A stretch of 32,000 nucleotides of DNA from Haloquadratum walsbyi C23 (GCF_000237865.1 NC_017459.1:1590001-1622000), one strand, 5' to 3'. Shown: positions 10,103 through 19,778, numbered from the stretch's first letter. Notes: generated by a model not told the origin, from the letters alone. Translations and numbers: made by a program.

Positions 10103-10315
10103 TCAGTTCTCACTGTTGGAATTGAAATTAGAATTAGACTCAAATTCAGTATGACATGTTTCTGAACAGAAATGTCGATGTTGAGCAGTTCCATCCTCAA
10201 TCCATGTGACGACATGGTGAGTTGGTAACTGCACGATTGCTTCGCCACAGGTCGCACATGTCGAGGCATTAGATTCGTCGACATCTTCTCCAAGATCCGA
10301 AGTCGGGTCTACCAT
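10103..10315 (-). CDS. small acidic zinc-finger protein
   Basis: 70 aa with CATCGE ... HFCSETCH, a Cys/His pairing typical of small haloarchaeal Zn-binding proteins. Confidence 0.5.
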   Translation of the reverse strand: MVDPTSDLGEDVDESNASTCATCGEAIVQLPTHHVVTWIEDGTAQHRHFCSETCHTEFESNSNFNSNSEN

Positions 10316-10923
10316 CTCTTTATCTACTGTCGGGCGACCACACTTTATTCCGTCTCAGGCGGCGGAAATTGCCTCAGCGTGGTGATGACTGAATCGCGAT
10401 TTATTACGACTCTTGACCAATATGTGTCAATGTATCGTTATAATTGTGAACCTGCCTCGGGGTCACATCAACATCCACATCAACATCAATATCAAAGCCT
10501 CGAGGCTTCCTGTTTCTTCGACAGAATTGACAAACCCACTCTCGCTGAGAGAGTCGTTTCAGAGCGGTTCCAGTCTACACGGGTCGTTTGAAAATCGAAG
10601 ATTTTCGTGATCACGAGAGACTTCGTCTCTTGGATGACGTTGATTTGGAACAATTTATCTCTGAGTTGGACGATGCGTGGTGTCTGACCGCCCGTGTGAT
10701 GAGACTCTCAGCCAGACACGTTGACCATCACAATCGCTATCTAATCACCAATCAGATTGCATATGACGGGTCACTGAAAGGTGTCGGCTTGAACCCAAGA
10801 TGGGTTCACCAAGCAATATAGCATGAGTACAGCAAAATGCATCTGAGATACCACTGTTGATATTTATTCAGTTTTTTCATTCAACCAGGGGTTTACCCCT
10901 CTCAAGACCCTATTTTTGATACA

Positions 10924-11613
10924 ATGGCTTTTTCTGAGGCAACGATTACGAGCATTAGCGAGATCAGCCCAGATTGTAAACAATATATTGTCGAGTTGAA
11001 TGATGGTAGCTTTAACGGTAAGCCTGGACAACACACAGCAATTCAAACCGAAAATGGGGTGAAACCATACAGCGTTCTTGCTGTTGATGACACACGGATT
11101 GGTCTTATGCTTCGCGCATACGGGACTGACGGTGTCGCCGATTATATGGACGAACGGTCAGTTGGAGATACCATTCAGGTGAAACCAACACTAACTGGAA
11201 GTCTTACTCTCCAGCAGACAGACCGACCAGCGGTGTTTATTGGGACTGGGACCGGTATTACACCGCTTATTGGTCTTTTACAGGAATATCTTGCTAACGG
11301 AGGTCCACAGGCAGTCTTTATGTTTGGGGAGAAAACACAGGAGCAGCTATTGTATAAACCACTGTTAGAACAATATGAACTCACATACCCAGTCGAAACG
11401 AGATTTTCCCTTTCGCGTGAAGAATGGCATGGTCACACTGGGTATATTCAAGAACAACTCTCAGGTGTGACCGATTCGCTGGGATCTGATGCAGATTACT
11501 ACATTTGTGGCGTGCCGGTAGCAGTTGTCGCTGCAAAGGAGCGATTAGACGAATTAGGAATTCCATCTGATCGGGTGCATACAGAAGGTTGGGAAGATGC
11601 ACAAGTAGCTTGA
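10924..11613 (+). CDS. ferredoxin-NADP reductase-like FAD/NAD(P)-binding oxidoreductase
   Basis: FAD-binding KPYSV and NAD-binding FIGTGTGITPL, within the typical two-domain length of about 230 aa. Confidence 0.75.
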   Translation: MAFSEATITSISEISPDCKQYIVELNDGSFNGKPGQHTAIQTENGVKPYSVLAVDDTRIGLMLRAYGTDGVADYMDERSVGDTIQVKPTLTGSLTLQQTDRPAVFIGTGTGITPLIGLLQEYLANGGPQAVFMFGEKTQEQLLYKPLLEQYELTYPVETRFSLSREEWHGHTGYIQEQLSGVTDSLGSDADYYICGVPVAVVAAKERLDELGIPSDRVHTEGWEDAQVA

Positions 11614-11711
11614 AATCCGCCTATGACTGAAGCCTTGGATTCTTGTTGTGAGAATCTCCTCGATATCAAGCCCAGGCGGTGTTCGTATATTGTAAAAAAG
11701 CTCAGACAGTA

Positions 11712-12056
11712 CTAGAATTCCTCTTTTGAGTTACTGTCTCGCACTCGATTAAGTTGTGAAATGACTGCTGATGGACGAGACAGATTCATTTCTATGCCAT
11801 CCTTTCGGAATTGGATCGTAATTTCATCGATATGACGTTGATAGATATTCGTCTGTCGGTGCTGATCAGAAAGAACACAATCGTGTAGAGTGAGAAGATT
11901 GGCTTCGATTAGTTGCTCAATTCGACGGTAACATGTCGCGATCGGGATATCAAGCTTCTCAGTTAGTTCCTGTGCAGATTGCGGTTGACCACTCGCGCGG
12001 AGGATATCTGCGTTATACTTAGTTCCAATCGCGGCAAGTATGTCCGTATTTAACAT
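11712..12056 (-). CDS. winged-helix (ArsR-like) transcriptional regulator
   Basis: SAQELTEKLDIPIATCYRRIEQLIEANLL is an HTH motif. The start is taken at MLNTDIL; the ORF track extends to 12101. Confidence 0.65.
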   Translation of the reverse strand: MLNTDILAAIGTKYNADILRASGQPQSAQELTEKLDIPIATCYRRIEQLIEANLLTLHDCVLSDQHRQTNIYQRHIDEITIQFRKDGIEMNLSRPSAVISQLNRVRDSNSKEEF

Positions 12057-12345
12057 GTTGTAGCATTTCTGCCCCTCTATTTTAACATACCGATTAAGCA
12101 TGTCTGAGGGTAATGAACTATTCGTAATACTGCAGTAGTGTAAACCGAGTATACCTCGCGATTTTAGCTAGATGCAGGCGCTAAGCCCGCGTCCTCAAGG
12201 AGTAAACGCAGTGAGCGAGTAGTGTGGAATAGTTCACCGCGGAGAGGATATCAATCATGCCTAATTTGTATTCGCAATGCGATATCCCATTTATTGGAAA
12301 TAATCCATCATGTATAAGCCAGTGGCTGGTGAATATTGCTGGTAT

Positions 12346-12789
12346 ATGTACGATCATATCCTCATACCGACGGACGGCAGCAAGTGTGCAGAGGAGGCGG
12401 TCACGCATGCGCTTGACCTTGCAGAACAGTATGACGCAGAAATCCATGTATTATCGGTCGTTGATGTAAGAGATGTCAGTCACGGTGCTCCAACAATCAG
12501 CCCTGCACAGGTCGAATCAACGCTCCGCGAGAACGCACATGAGTTGACTGATGCTGTTGCAGACCGTGCTGCTGACACTGACATTAGTGTCACACCGGCA
12601 GTTGAGGCTGGTATTCCTGATGATGCTATTGTGACATACGCTGAGGAGCATAATATCGATCTCATTGTTATAGGAACACACGGTCGGACTGGGCTTGAGC
12701 GATATCTTCTTGGGAGTGTAACTGAACGAACTGTCAGGCGTTCATCAGTCCCAGTGCTGACTGTGCGTACAGATGCAAACGGAACGTAG
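12346..12789 (+). CDS. universal stress protein (UspA family)
   Basis: MYDHILIPTDGS ... GTHGRTGLERYLLGSVTERTVRRSSVPVLTV is the canonical Usp ATP-binding C-terminus. Confidence 0.85.
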   Translation: MYDHILIPTDGSKCAEEAVTHALDLAEQYDAEIHVLSVVDVRDVSHGAPTISPAQVESTLRENAHELTDAVADRAADTDISVTPAVEAGIPDDAIVTYAEEHNIDLIVIGTHGRTGLERYLLGSVTERTVRRSSVPVLTVRTDANGT

Positions 12790-12903
12790 CGTATCTCAGG
12801 GATAAGCCCCGAGATACTCGCCCTGCTTATTTGCAGATCCAAATGAGATGCAGTGAAGTGAGCGACGAATAAGTAATATACCCACGTAACAATACATTAT
12901 CAT

Positions 12904-13737
12904 ATGGAAGTCCGCCGATATGTTCGTGGGCACATCGAGTGGCCGCGGTTAGAGGCGGTCGCTCGCGAACTTGCCGACCGATACGGTCACACGGCTGATT
13001 CGCTTCATATTGAGTTTCTTGACGCTGACAATTGGCTTTCAACGCCGATGATTGTCAATGAGCGGTGGTTTGTTAAGATTATCTCAAAACAGAATTCTGT
13101 TGTTCACGCGCTTTTGACTGCTGGTCGAAACCTCGGAGCCTTTTCTGCTGGAACCGAAGGCGAGGGATTTTTTGAGCATTTTGCGACACCACTAGAGATG
13201 GCAGAACATGAGTTCACGGCTGCAAAGCGAATGCGTAAGCTTGGACTTAACGCTCCGAAACCAATTGAAACGTTTGAAGTAGATAATTTGGGTATTCTCG
13301 TCTCTGAGTATCTCCCAGATTTCCAGACGCTTGATAGTTTAAATCAACAAGCAGAGACAGATGTTGCACCGATCATATTCAAGATGTTACGACAGATGCA
13401 CGAGGATGGGCTCTATCACGGTGATCTTCGTGCAGAGAATATTCTTCTGTATGAGGATGATGTGTATTTTATTGATGTGACAAATGTGAATGAAGAGAGT
13501 GTTGCTGATGCAATGGCATATGATATTGCCTGTGCACTGGGAGCACTTGAACCACATCTCGGTGTCAAATCAACCATTGATGCAGCTCTTTCCTCATATA
13601 CGCTCTCAGAGCTCCTTGTGGCAGCACGCTTTCTTGATTTTGTTAATATTCGTCCGGATCATGACTTTGATTCTGCTGTTCTCAAAGGTGAAATCGAAAC
13701 GCGAGCTGCATCCGCTGAGTCAAATCCAGCAATATAA
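12904..13737 (+). CDS. Kdo/RIO-like protein kinase family protein
   Basis: Catalytic loop LYHGDLRAENILL followed by FIDV. Size is about 277 aa. Confidence 0.6.
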   Translation: MEVRRYVRGHIEWPRLEAVARELADRYGHTADSLHIEFLDADNWLSTPMIVNERWFVKIISKQNSVVHALLTAGRNLGAFSAGTEGEGFFEHFATPLEMAEHEFTAAKRMRKLGLNAPKPIETFEVDNLGILVSEYLPDFQTLDSLNQQAETDVAPIIFKMLRQMHEDGLYHGDLRAENILLYEDDVYFIDVTNVNEESVADAMAYDIACALGALEPHLGVKSTIDAALSSYTLSELLVAARFLDFVNIRPDHDFDSAVLKGEIETRAASAESNPAI

Positions 13738-14152
13738 GACATACACTACTTGAAATGTATTTCTCATTTATTGCTTGATATCTAATAACGCATTCCATAT
13801 CAGATACTAAAATAATTCATGATGAAGATACTGCTGAGATATTGCTCATGCAAATATAATGTGTCGTGACATCCTTGCCCTGCTTGCGCTGACGGACGCT
13901 ATATCCTCTCGCTACTGCGGCCTCTTCGGTTGTTTCGTGAGGACGGGGTAACACCTGTTGAGTGATAAGTCGATCATTAATAGTAGTTTACATATGAAGA
14001 GGGGTGGGTGAGAACCCAGAGTGAACCCGGGAGGCGAAAGTGAAGGCGGAACGAAGGCGATGGTGACAGCGAGCGACGGGAGCGAGCGGTAACCGCAGCG
14101 GACCCCGAAACACTGCGGTATGAGTGTGATGCGGTGTGCGGTGGTTAGGTTT

Positions 14153-14185
14153 GCCGACTCGACGAGAAAAGCGTCTTGCGTCGGC
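14153..14185. terminator. interrupted hairpin in a convergent intergenic region (possible terminator or 3' end of an RNA)
   Basis: GCCGAC-tc-GACG-agaaaag-CGTC-ttgc-GTCGGC, with flanking A/T-rich sequence. Function not shown. Confidence 0.25.
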
Positions 14186-14235
14186 AATAATAATTAGTTA
14201 GCGTACCGGTATAAATCCACCGAGTAACCGTTTGG

Positions 14236-14688
14236 TTATGCTTCAAAGCTCCGACGAAGTGCTGACTCAAGATTGTCGAGTTCGTCATCAAGATTCCGTT
14301 TAAAATACCGTTCAACACCTGGAACACGACCATCAACGACGAATTCGTTGATTAATCGTGTCGTCTGGTTTGGTTCATCATGTTCGATTGTATGTTCACC
14401 GGTCACATTCATTACAGATGACTTCCCGACAAACTTGACATGCGTCGGCGGATCTCTGTCAACATCTTCGGTGTTAACTGTTGCTGTTGAACTAATGAGT
14501 GGAATTGGCAACGCCACCTCCCACGTTGCGGATATTGGTACATCATCGCTATCGGTGTTTGTCGTATCGACTTCATATGTATCTACAACACTGATCGCGT
14601 CCGCCCGTTTTGATGGGTCAGCAATAAACTTCCACACATCTGAAGGCGGTACCGTGAACTCAAAAACGCGCCTGACCCGTACCGTCAT
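14236..14688 (-). CDS. SRPBCC (polyketide cyclase/dehydrase, CoxG-like) family protein
   Basis: MTVRVRRVFEFTVPPSDVWKFIADPSKRADAISVV... is a typical SRPBCC N-terminus. About 150 aa. Confidence 0.6.
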   Translation of the reverse strand: MTVRVRRVFEFTVPPSDVWKFIADPSKRADAISVVDTYEVDTTNTDSDDVPISATWEVALPIPLISSTATVNTEDVDRDPPTHVKFVGKSSVMNVTGEHTIEHDEPNQTTRLINEFVVDGRVPGVERYFKRNLDDELDNLESALRRSFEA

Positions 14689-14800
14689 ACAGCGGTTATA
14701 CATGGCGATGATAAAAACACCCCGTCCTTGGAATTGGTTACATCGACATGTGGCAGGGTAAGTCTATAGAACTGCTCCGGGAGATTACAGACTCTGGTTA

Positions 14801-15028
14801 TTATCCACGGGTGACACGCCATGTCGTTGATCTTGCTCGCCCCCATTTCTCAATATCGACATCATCGGATTTCTCTGCCAATTGAGGCAGCCGCGCACCG
14901 ACTTGCTTCGCCGAGAGGCCAATTGCGTCGGCGATGTTTTTCGCACGGAAGTATCGCTCCCCCGCAGCGACGCTATCGCGCAAATACGCGACAATCTGCC
15001 GTTCCTCTTCGGTGTACTCACTCATCAT
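14801..15028 (-). CDS. small winged-helix DNA-binding protein (haloarchaeal DUF-type)
   Basis: 75 aa: IVAYLRDSV...RAKNIADAIGLSAKQVGARLPQL. Followed by a 450-bp AT-rich divergent intergenic region. Confidence 0.55.
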   Translation of the reverse strand: MMSEYTEEERQIVAYLRDSVAAGERYFRAKNIADAIGLSAKQVGARLPQLAEKSDDVDIEKWGRARSTTWRVTRG

Positions 15029-15477
15029 TATGGGTGTATGTTCGGTTTGGGCTTAATCGTTTCTTGTCTACTCGATTTATACACAACTTCACACTTATTA
15101 TATCTGATGATCATTCTTCATTTCTGGATATTGGTAAACATCGATGGAACTGGAATATGTCGGATCATATTTATATCGTGGAATTATTATTGTCAAAATT
15201 TCATATATTGGAGCACATAGAGAGCGTAATATATCACACCGATATGCTCTTCTGAGTTCGTGCCGGCGGGTATCAATGCTTGATTGCTTGCGGCAAGCAA
15301 ACCGCGAAGAATACCGAACTCATTCGATGTGCAGGCAGTTTGTGTCAGTTGAACGATTGAGAGAGCTTGTACTTGAGATTGCGGTATTCACCATGGTCAT
15401 GTATCAATAATTAATGCTATATCACTGCTAGCGTCCTGCTTCGGCGATTTTTTTACCCTCCCCGTTGTCGAATCGAC

Positions 15478-17139
15478 ATGGCGTCTAATACCCAGCAGCC
15501 AGTCTCACATACGAGACGGCGACTTGGGCTTTATATTCTTACTGCATCTATTTCGATCATACTTTTTACCGCTCTTTATCAATGGTCAATGGCGACATTT
15601 GAGGGTATCTCTGTCAGTTGGATTGAAGCACTTCACGTTGTCATCGAGACGTTTACAACCACAGGGTATGGTGAGGATGCTGACCAGTGGAGTTCAGCAC
15701 CGCTGCTTGTGCTTTCAATATTAATGCAATTGACTGGGGTTGCATTTATTTTCACGACCCTCCCGTTATTTGTTGTTCCACTCGTTGAGCAGGCGCTTGA
15801 ACGAAGCCCTCCAACGACAACGACAATCGAAGACCACGTTGTTGTCTCTGCGTTTACAGATCGTGGCGCAGTTCTAATCAATGAGCTACAATCACAGGGT
15901 ATCTCACATGTTGTGATCGAACCTGATCGGAATAGAGCAGTCGAACTTACACAACAGGGGTATGAGGTGATACACGGTGATCCAGAAGCGGTCGATACAT
16001 TAGCGAATGCAAACGTATCGACTGCTCGTGCGCTTATCGCTGATGGTGACGACCGCCGAAATGCAAGTGTTATCCTCGCAGCACGTGAGTTGACAAGTGA
16101 GCTTCGGATTGTGAGCTTTGCTGAGGATCCACAAGTATCCGATTATCACGAGTACGCCGGTGCTGATGAGGTCGTTTCCCCGCGACAACTGCTTGGTGAG
16201 AGTCTTGCACAAAAGGCTGCATCACCAATTGCATCGAAATTCAATGATGCGGTTCCAATCGGCGATGATTTCGAAATCGCAGAAGTGCTTGTTCACCCAG
16301 ATAGCACGCTCGTTGGTAAAAAGATCATCAACAGCGAAATTGGGCAGCGCACTGGGGTTAATATAATTGGGATTTGGTTCCGTGGTGAGTTTGTTTCGCC
16401 ACCATCACCGGAAGCTGAACTTGATGAACACTCCGTATTGGTTGTGACCGGGAGTGAAGAGCAACTTGAGCGACTCCATGTACTTGCACAATCACAAACA
16501 CGACGACATCGACGTGGACGTGTTGTTGTTGCTGGGTATGGTGAGGTTGGTCGATGTGCTGCTGAGACACTTGAATCTGCAAACCTCACACACGTCATTA
16601 TTGACCAGGATCAGTCCAAACCCGACAATGTTGATATTATTGGGGATGTGACCAATGCTGAGACATTATATGAGGCAGGAATTGAAAACGCTGAGAGTGT
16701 TCTTCTTGCAATCGATGATGATACAGCAGCTATTTTTGCAACACTTGTCATCTCACAACTTTCCCCGCAAACAGAGATTATCGTCCGAGCAAATGATGCT
16801 GAGAGTGTTCAAAAACTCTATCACGCCGGAGCTGAGTATGTGCTTGCCTTATCGACAGTCAGTGGTCGCATTCTTGCGTCAAGCCTAGCTGAGCAGGATG
16901 TTATTGTTGCACAATCACAGATTGAGGTTGTTCGCACTGACGCACCAGGACTCGCTGGACAATCACTTGTCGAAGCAGACATCCGAGCTCGAACTGGAAG
17001 CACGGTCGTCGCCGCAGAGCGCGATGATGACTTACATACCAACATTGGTCCAGATTTTGTGATTCAACAGAGGGACACGCTCGTTGTTGTTGGCACTGAT
17101 GCTGGGATTAACAGATTCAATAAATTAGCATCAACATAA
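15478..17139 (+). CDS. K+ channel with two RCK (TrkA-N/TrkA-C) modules
   Basis: Pore helix and selectivity filter ETFTTTGYGED between two TM segments. Two Rossmann-like TrkA-N segments (VVVSAF..., VVVAGYGEVGR), each followed by a TrkA-C-like region. Confidence 0.8.
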   Translation: MASNTQQPVSHTRRRLGLYILTASISIILFTALYQWSMATFEGISVSWIEALHVVIETFTTTGYGEDADQWSSAPLLVLSILMQLTGVAFIFTTLPLFVVPLVEQALERSPPTTTTIEDHVVVSAFTDRGAVLINELQSQGISHVVIEPDRNRAVELTQQGYEVIHGDPEAVDTLANANVSTARALIADGDDRRNASVILAARELTSELRIVSFAEDPQVSDYHEYAGADEVVSPRQLLGESLAQKAASPIASKFNDAVPIGDDFEIAEVLVHPDSTLVGKKIINSEIGQRTGVNIIGIWFRGEFVSPPSPEAELDEHSVLVVTGSEEQLERLHVLAQSQTRRHRRGRVVVAGYGEVGRCAAETLESANLTHVIIDQDQSKPDNVDIIGDVTNAETLYEAGIENAESVLLAIDDDTAAIFATLVISQLSPQTEIIVRANDAESVQKLYHAGAEYVLALSTVSGRILASSLAEQDVIVAQSQIEVVRTDAPGLAGQSLVEADIRARTGSTVVAAERDDDLHTNIGPDFVIQQRDTLVVVGTDAGINRFNKLAST

Positions 17140-17149
17140 AACAAGTCGT

Positions 17150-18010
17150 CTAAGCTCCGACTTCAGCACCGAGGTATAATACAACGACAAGGAAAATCCA
17201 GACAACATCAACAAAGTGCCAGTACATGGATGCAGTGCTGACAGAGACATGCCGATCAGCCGAATACTGTCCAAGTAATCCACGAAGCGTGACGACGCCG
17301 ATCAGTACCGCACCAAGACTCACATGGACTCCATGCAGCCCTGTCAATCCGAAGAATGCTGATGCAAAGATACCTGAAGTGAGTGTGAAGCCCTCGTGAA
17401 TGATGAACTCATAGTATTCATACACCTGCCCACCAATAAACACTATTCCAAGGAGAAGCGTTCCCAAGAGGCCGCCAATGAATTTCTTTCGCTTGTTATT
17501 TCGAATTGCAACATGCGCATAATGAAGCGTCACAGACGATGCAATCAGCAATGTCGTATTAATCAGTACAAGTGACCCTGTGAGGGTTGGAATCCCAACA
17601 AAAATTGAACCCCAGTTTCCAGCGCGTATATAGAAATAGTATCCAAATAACGCTCCGAATGTTGCTAGTTCAGATCCAAGAAATGCTAACATTCCCCAGC
17701 GGAGTTTATTCGCACTTTGTCCACTTGATTCTCGTGACCAAAAGTGACTGACAAAAGCATGATACACCCAGCCATACAGACCAGCAAGAAAGACACCAAC
17801 AGCGACAACCATGGTTGCAGGACCCACCATCGGTCCAACAAGGTCACTATTACTCTGCCCAAGGATGTATAATGCTGCTGCGACATAGACACTTGCTGCC
17901 CCGACTGCAGTGACGAACGGCCACCAACTCGCTTCGCCGAAGCCCCGAGGCCAGTCTTCAACTGCTGGAAGATGATGCCCATGATCGTCATGTGATTCTT
18001 CGGTACCCAT
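17150..18010 (-). CDS. heme-copper (cytochrome c) oxidase subunit III
   Basis: About 7 TM segments. WPFVTA..., FYIRAGNW, LTGLHGVHVSLG and YWHFVDVVWIFLVVVLY are typical of Cox3. Confidence 0.75.
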   Translation of the reverse strand: MGTEESHDDHGHHLPAVEDWPRGFGEASWWPFVTAVGAASVYVAAALYILGQSNSDLVGPMVGPATMVVAVGVFLAGLYGWVYHAFVSHFWSRESSGQSANKLRWGMLAFLGSELATFGALFGYYFYIRAGNWGSIFVGIPTLTGSLVLINTTLLIASSVTLHYAHVAIRNNKRKKFIGGLLGTLLLGIVFIGGQVYEYYEFIIHEGFTLTSGIFASAFFGLTGLHGVHVSLGAVLIGVVTLRGLLGQYSADRHVSVSTASMYWHFVDVVWIFLVVVLYLGAEVGA

Positions 18011-18159
18011 ATAGAGTCCGTTGCGATTCGATGATTAAAAACCCACTCAAACATGTGTCTGCAATATCTGATATCTGCAGTAGAATACTGATTATTCTAT
18101 TAGTCAGCGTGACTGCACAAGTGCTTGTGCGGTCGTTTCAGAGTCAGACCTAATCAGCG

Positions 18160-19233
18160 TTAGTCAGCGCTTGTTGGACGTCGGTGATATGGCTCCTCAG
18201 CAATTCGTGTACGAAGTCGATTGAGGACATCACGGTCAGTCGTTCCTGACATTTCTTCAACAACCGCAAATACCTCTTCACGAGAAATCTTCACATCTGT
18301 CTCCGAAAGGGCATCTTCAGGGCGTGAGAGAAGTTCACGAAGAGTGCCAACAGCCAATAAAAATGGGATAGCCCATGCTTCAAGTGTATTCCCGTCTCGA
18401 AGGGGGATTGTTTCAAGATATGTTTCGGCGTCATCAAGAAACGAACCAGCAAGTGATGCCGTCCGCCGAACTACAGTCGCCGCGCCAGCTTCATGCTCAG
18501 GATCAACAAGTTGATCTTGTGGGACATCTTCATCAGCAAGCCACTCTGCTGGGAGATAGATATTATCTTCATCGGTATAATCGTCATAGACATCCTTTGA
18601 GACATTCACTAACTGCAGTAGCAATCCAAATTCCTCTGCTGTCTCATATAGTTGCTGTCGTCGCTCTGAGGCGACACTACCTCGTGTGAGAAGATTCGTG
18701 ATAAGATTTCCAACTGTTCCTGCCGCATAATAACAGTATTCTTCAAGTTCCTCACGCGTTTGGATACGAAGTCCGCCAGTGTCGGAGTATCGGTCGACAA
18801 AGGTAGTCATTCCTTGGACAAGTTCCCTTGCAGGTGGGATGATAGCTTTTTGAACCTCGTCAGGAAGTTCCCCAAACGTACGAAGAACACGAGGTGCATT
18901 GCGAACAACAGTCCAGTCATCGTCTAATTCACCTGTTGGGAGATGCGGTTCAACGGCAGACGCAAAGGTGGCGGCGTCTATTTCGTTCTCTGGGTCAAGC
19001 GCAGCATCATACGTTTCAAGTAGTTCAGCTTGCGTTTCTGATGAGATGTGTGAGGCATCCTCGATTGTGTCTGCAATTCGACAAACAAGGTATCCAAGGC
19101 AGATGTATGACGACATCGGTTCGTCAAGGACGTCGACGGTGAGTGCAAAAGTCCGTGAAACGCCCTGCACCGACCGATGGCACCAACGTAAATCAGCCTG
19201 GTCGACTCTCGGATGGTCATCCTGCTGAGACAT
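18160..19233 (-). CDS. squalene/phytoene synthase family prenyltransferase
   Basis: RTFALT..., first Asp-rich region CRIADTIED, second region NVSKDVYDDYTDE. Length is about 357 aa. Confidence 0.7.
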   Translation of the reverse strand: MSQQDDHPRVDQADLRWCHRSVQGVSRTFALTVDVLDEPMSSYICLGYLVCRIADTIEDASHISSETQAELLETYDAALDPENEIDAATFASAVEPHLPTGELDDDWTVVRNAPRVLRTFGELPDEVQKAIIPPARELVQGMTTFVDRYSDTGGLRIQTREELEEYCYYAAGTVGNLITNLLTRGSVASERRQQLYETAEEFGLLLQLVNVSKDVYDDYTDEDNIYLPAEWLADEDVPQDQLVDPEHEAGAATVVRRTASLAGSFLDDAETYLETIPLRDGNTLEAWAIPFLLAVGTLRELLSRPEDALSETDVKISREEVFAVVEEMSGTTDRDVLNRLRTRIAEEPYHRRPTSAD

Positions 19234-19322
19234 TCGGGATATTATGCTACTACGAAGTAAGGATTAAAAAGGTTCGCGGGAAGCGATTCCAATTTAGTAT
19301 CTCTCAGTGCACGTTATCCAGA

Positions 19323-19341
19323 TTGACATCCTCCTCCGCGT
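19323..19341 (+). repeat. 19-nt repeat TTGACATCCTCCTCCGCGT, copy 1 (just 3' of the TnpB remnant on the minus strand)
   Basis: Exact second copy at 21115-21133 in the same orientation. Confidence 0.8.
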
Positions 19342-19385
19342 GAACTTGGAGGAATCCAACGGCACCGCACCGCTGGGTTGGGATA

Positions 19386-19778
19386 TTACGGTTTGTAGTC
19401 TCCCACCTCTGTCCGAGGTTGGAATCCTCGGGAAAGGTCATGAAGATAGACTCCAGGCTGTGCCAACCAGCCGGTACTGCTATCACCACCCAAATCGGGT
19501 GCAGACTCAGAGTTACTTTCTGTGTGATTGATGTCGAGACGGATGTTCTCCGCCCCATTCACATCAGCGTTGAACGCATCCCCGTCGCCGTCGTCGTGTT
19601 CTTCACACACGTACAGACCACGCTCAACACGCTGACTCTCGTCTTTTCTCCCACAGACACAACACGTTTTGCTCGTGTCGCGCTCTGACACTTCGACAAC
19701 TTCGATTCCCTCACCCTTCGCCTTGTATTCGAGGATGTTCGAGAACATATCATGGCAATACACGTATTGAAATTTCAT
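19386..19778 (-). pseudogene. tnpB: IS200/IS605-family TnpB, C-terminal remnant (about 130 aa; the N-terminal two-thirds is missing)
   Basis: ILEYKAKGEGIEVVEVSERDTSKTCCVCG...VCEEH...FNADVNGAENIR covers RuvC-II, the Zn ribbon and RuvC-III. Similarity begins only about 8 aa after the ORF start, and no TnpA or TnpB N-terminus lies upstream. Confidence 0.75.

Noticed and set aside
13912-14187. 91-aa minus-strand ORF, and the idea that the G-rich island is RNase P RNA or SRP (7S) RNA
   Set aside because: The ORF product is non-acidic and Pro/Leu-rich, unlike every confident protein here. I looked for the universal RNase P elements (GGAAAGUCC, ACAGAAnCCGGCUUA) and the SRP helix-8 signature (GGAA tetraloop followed by GGGAGCA) on both strands and did not find them. 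No named RNA class is therefore assigned.
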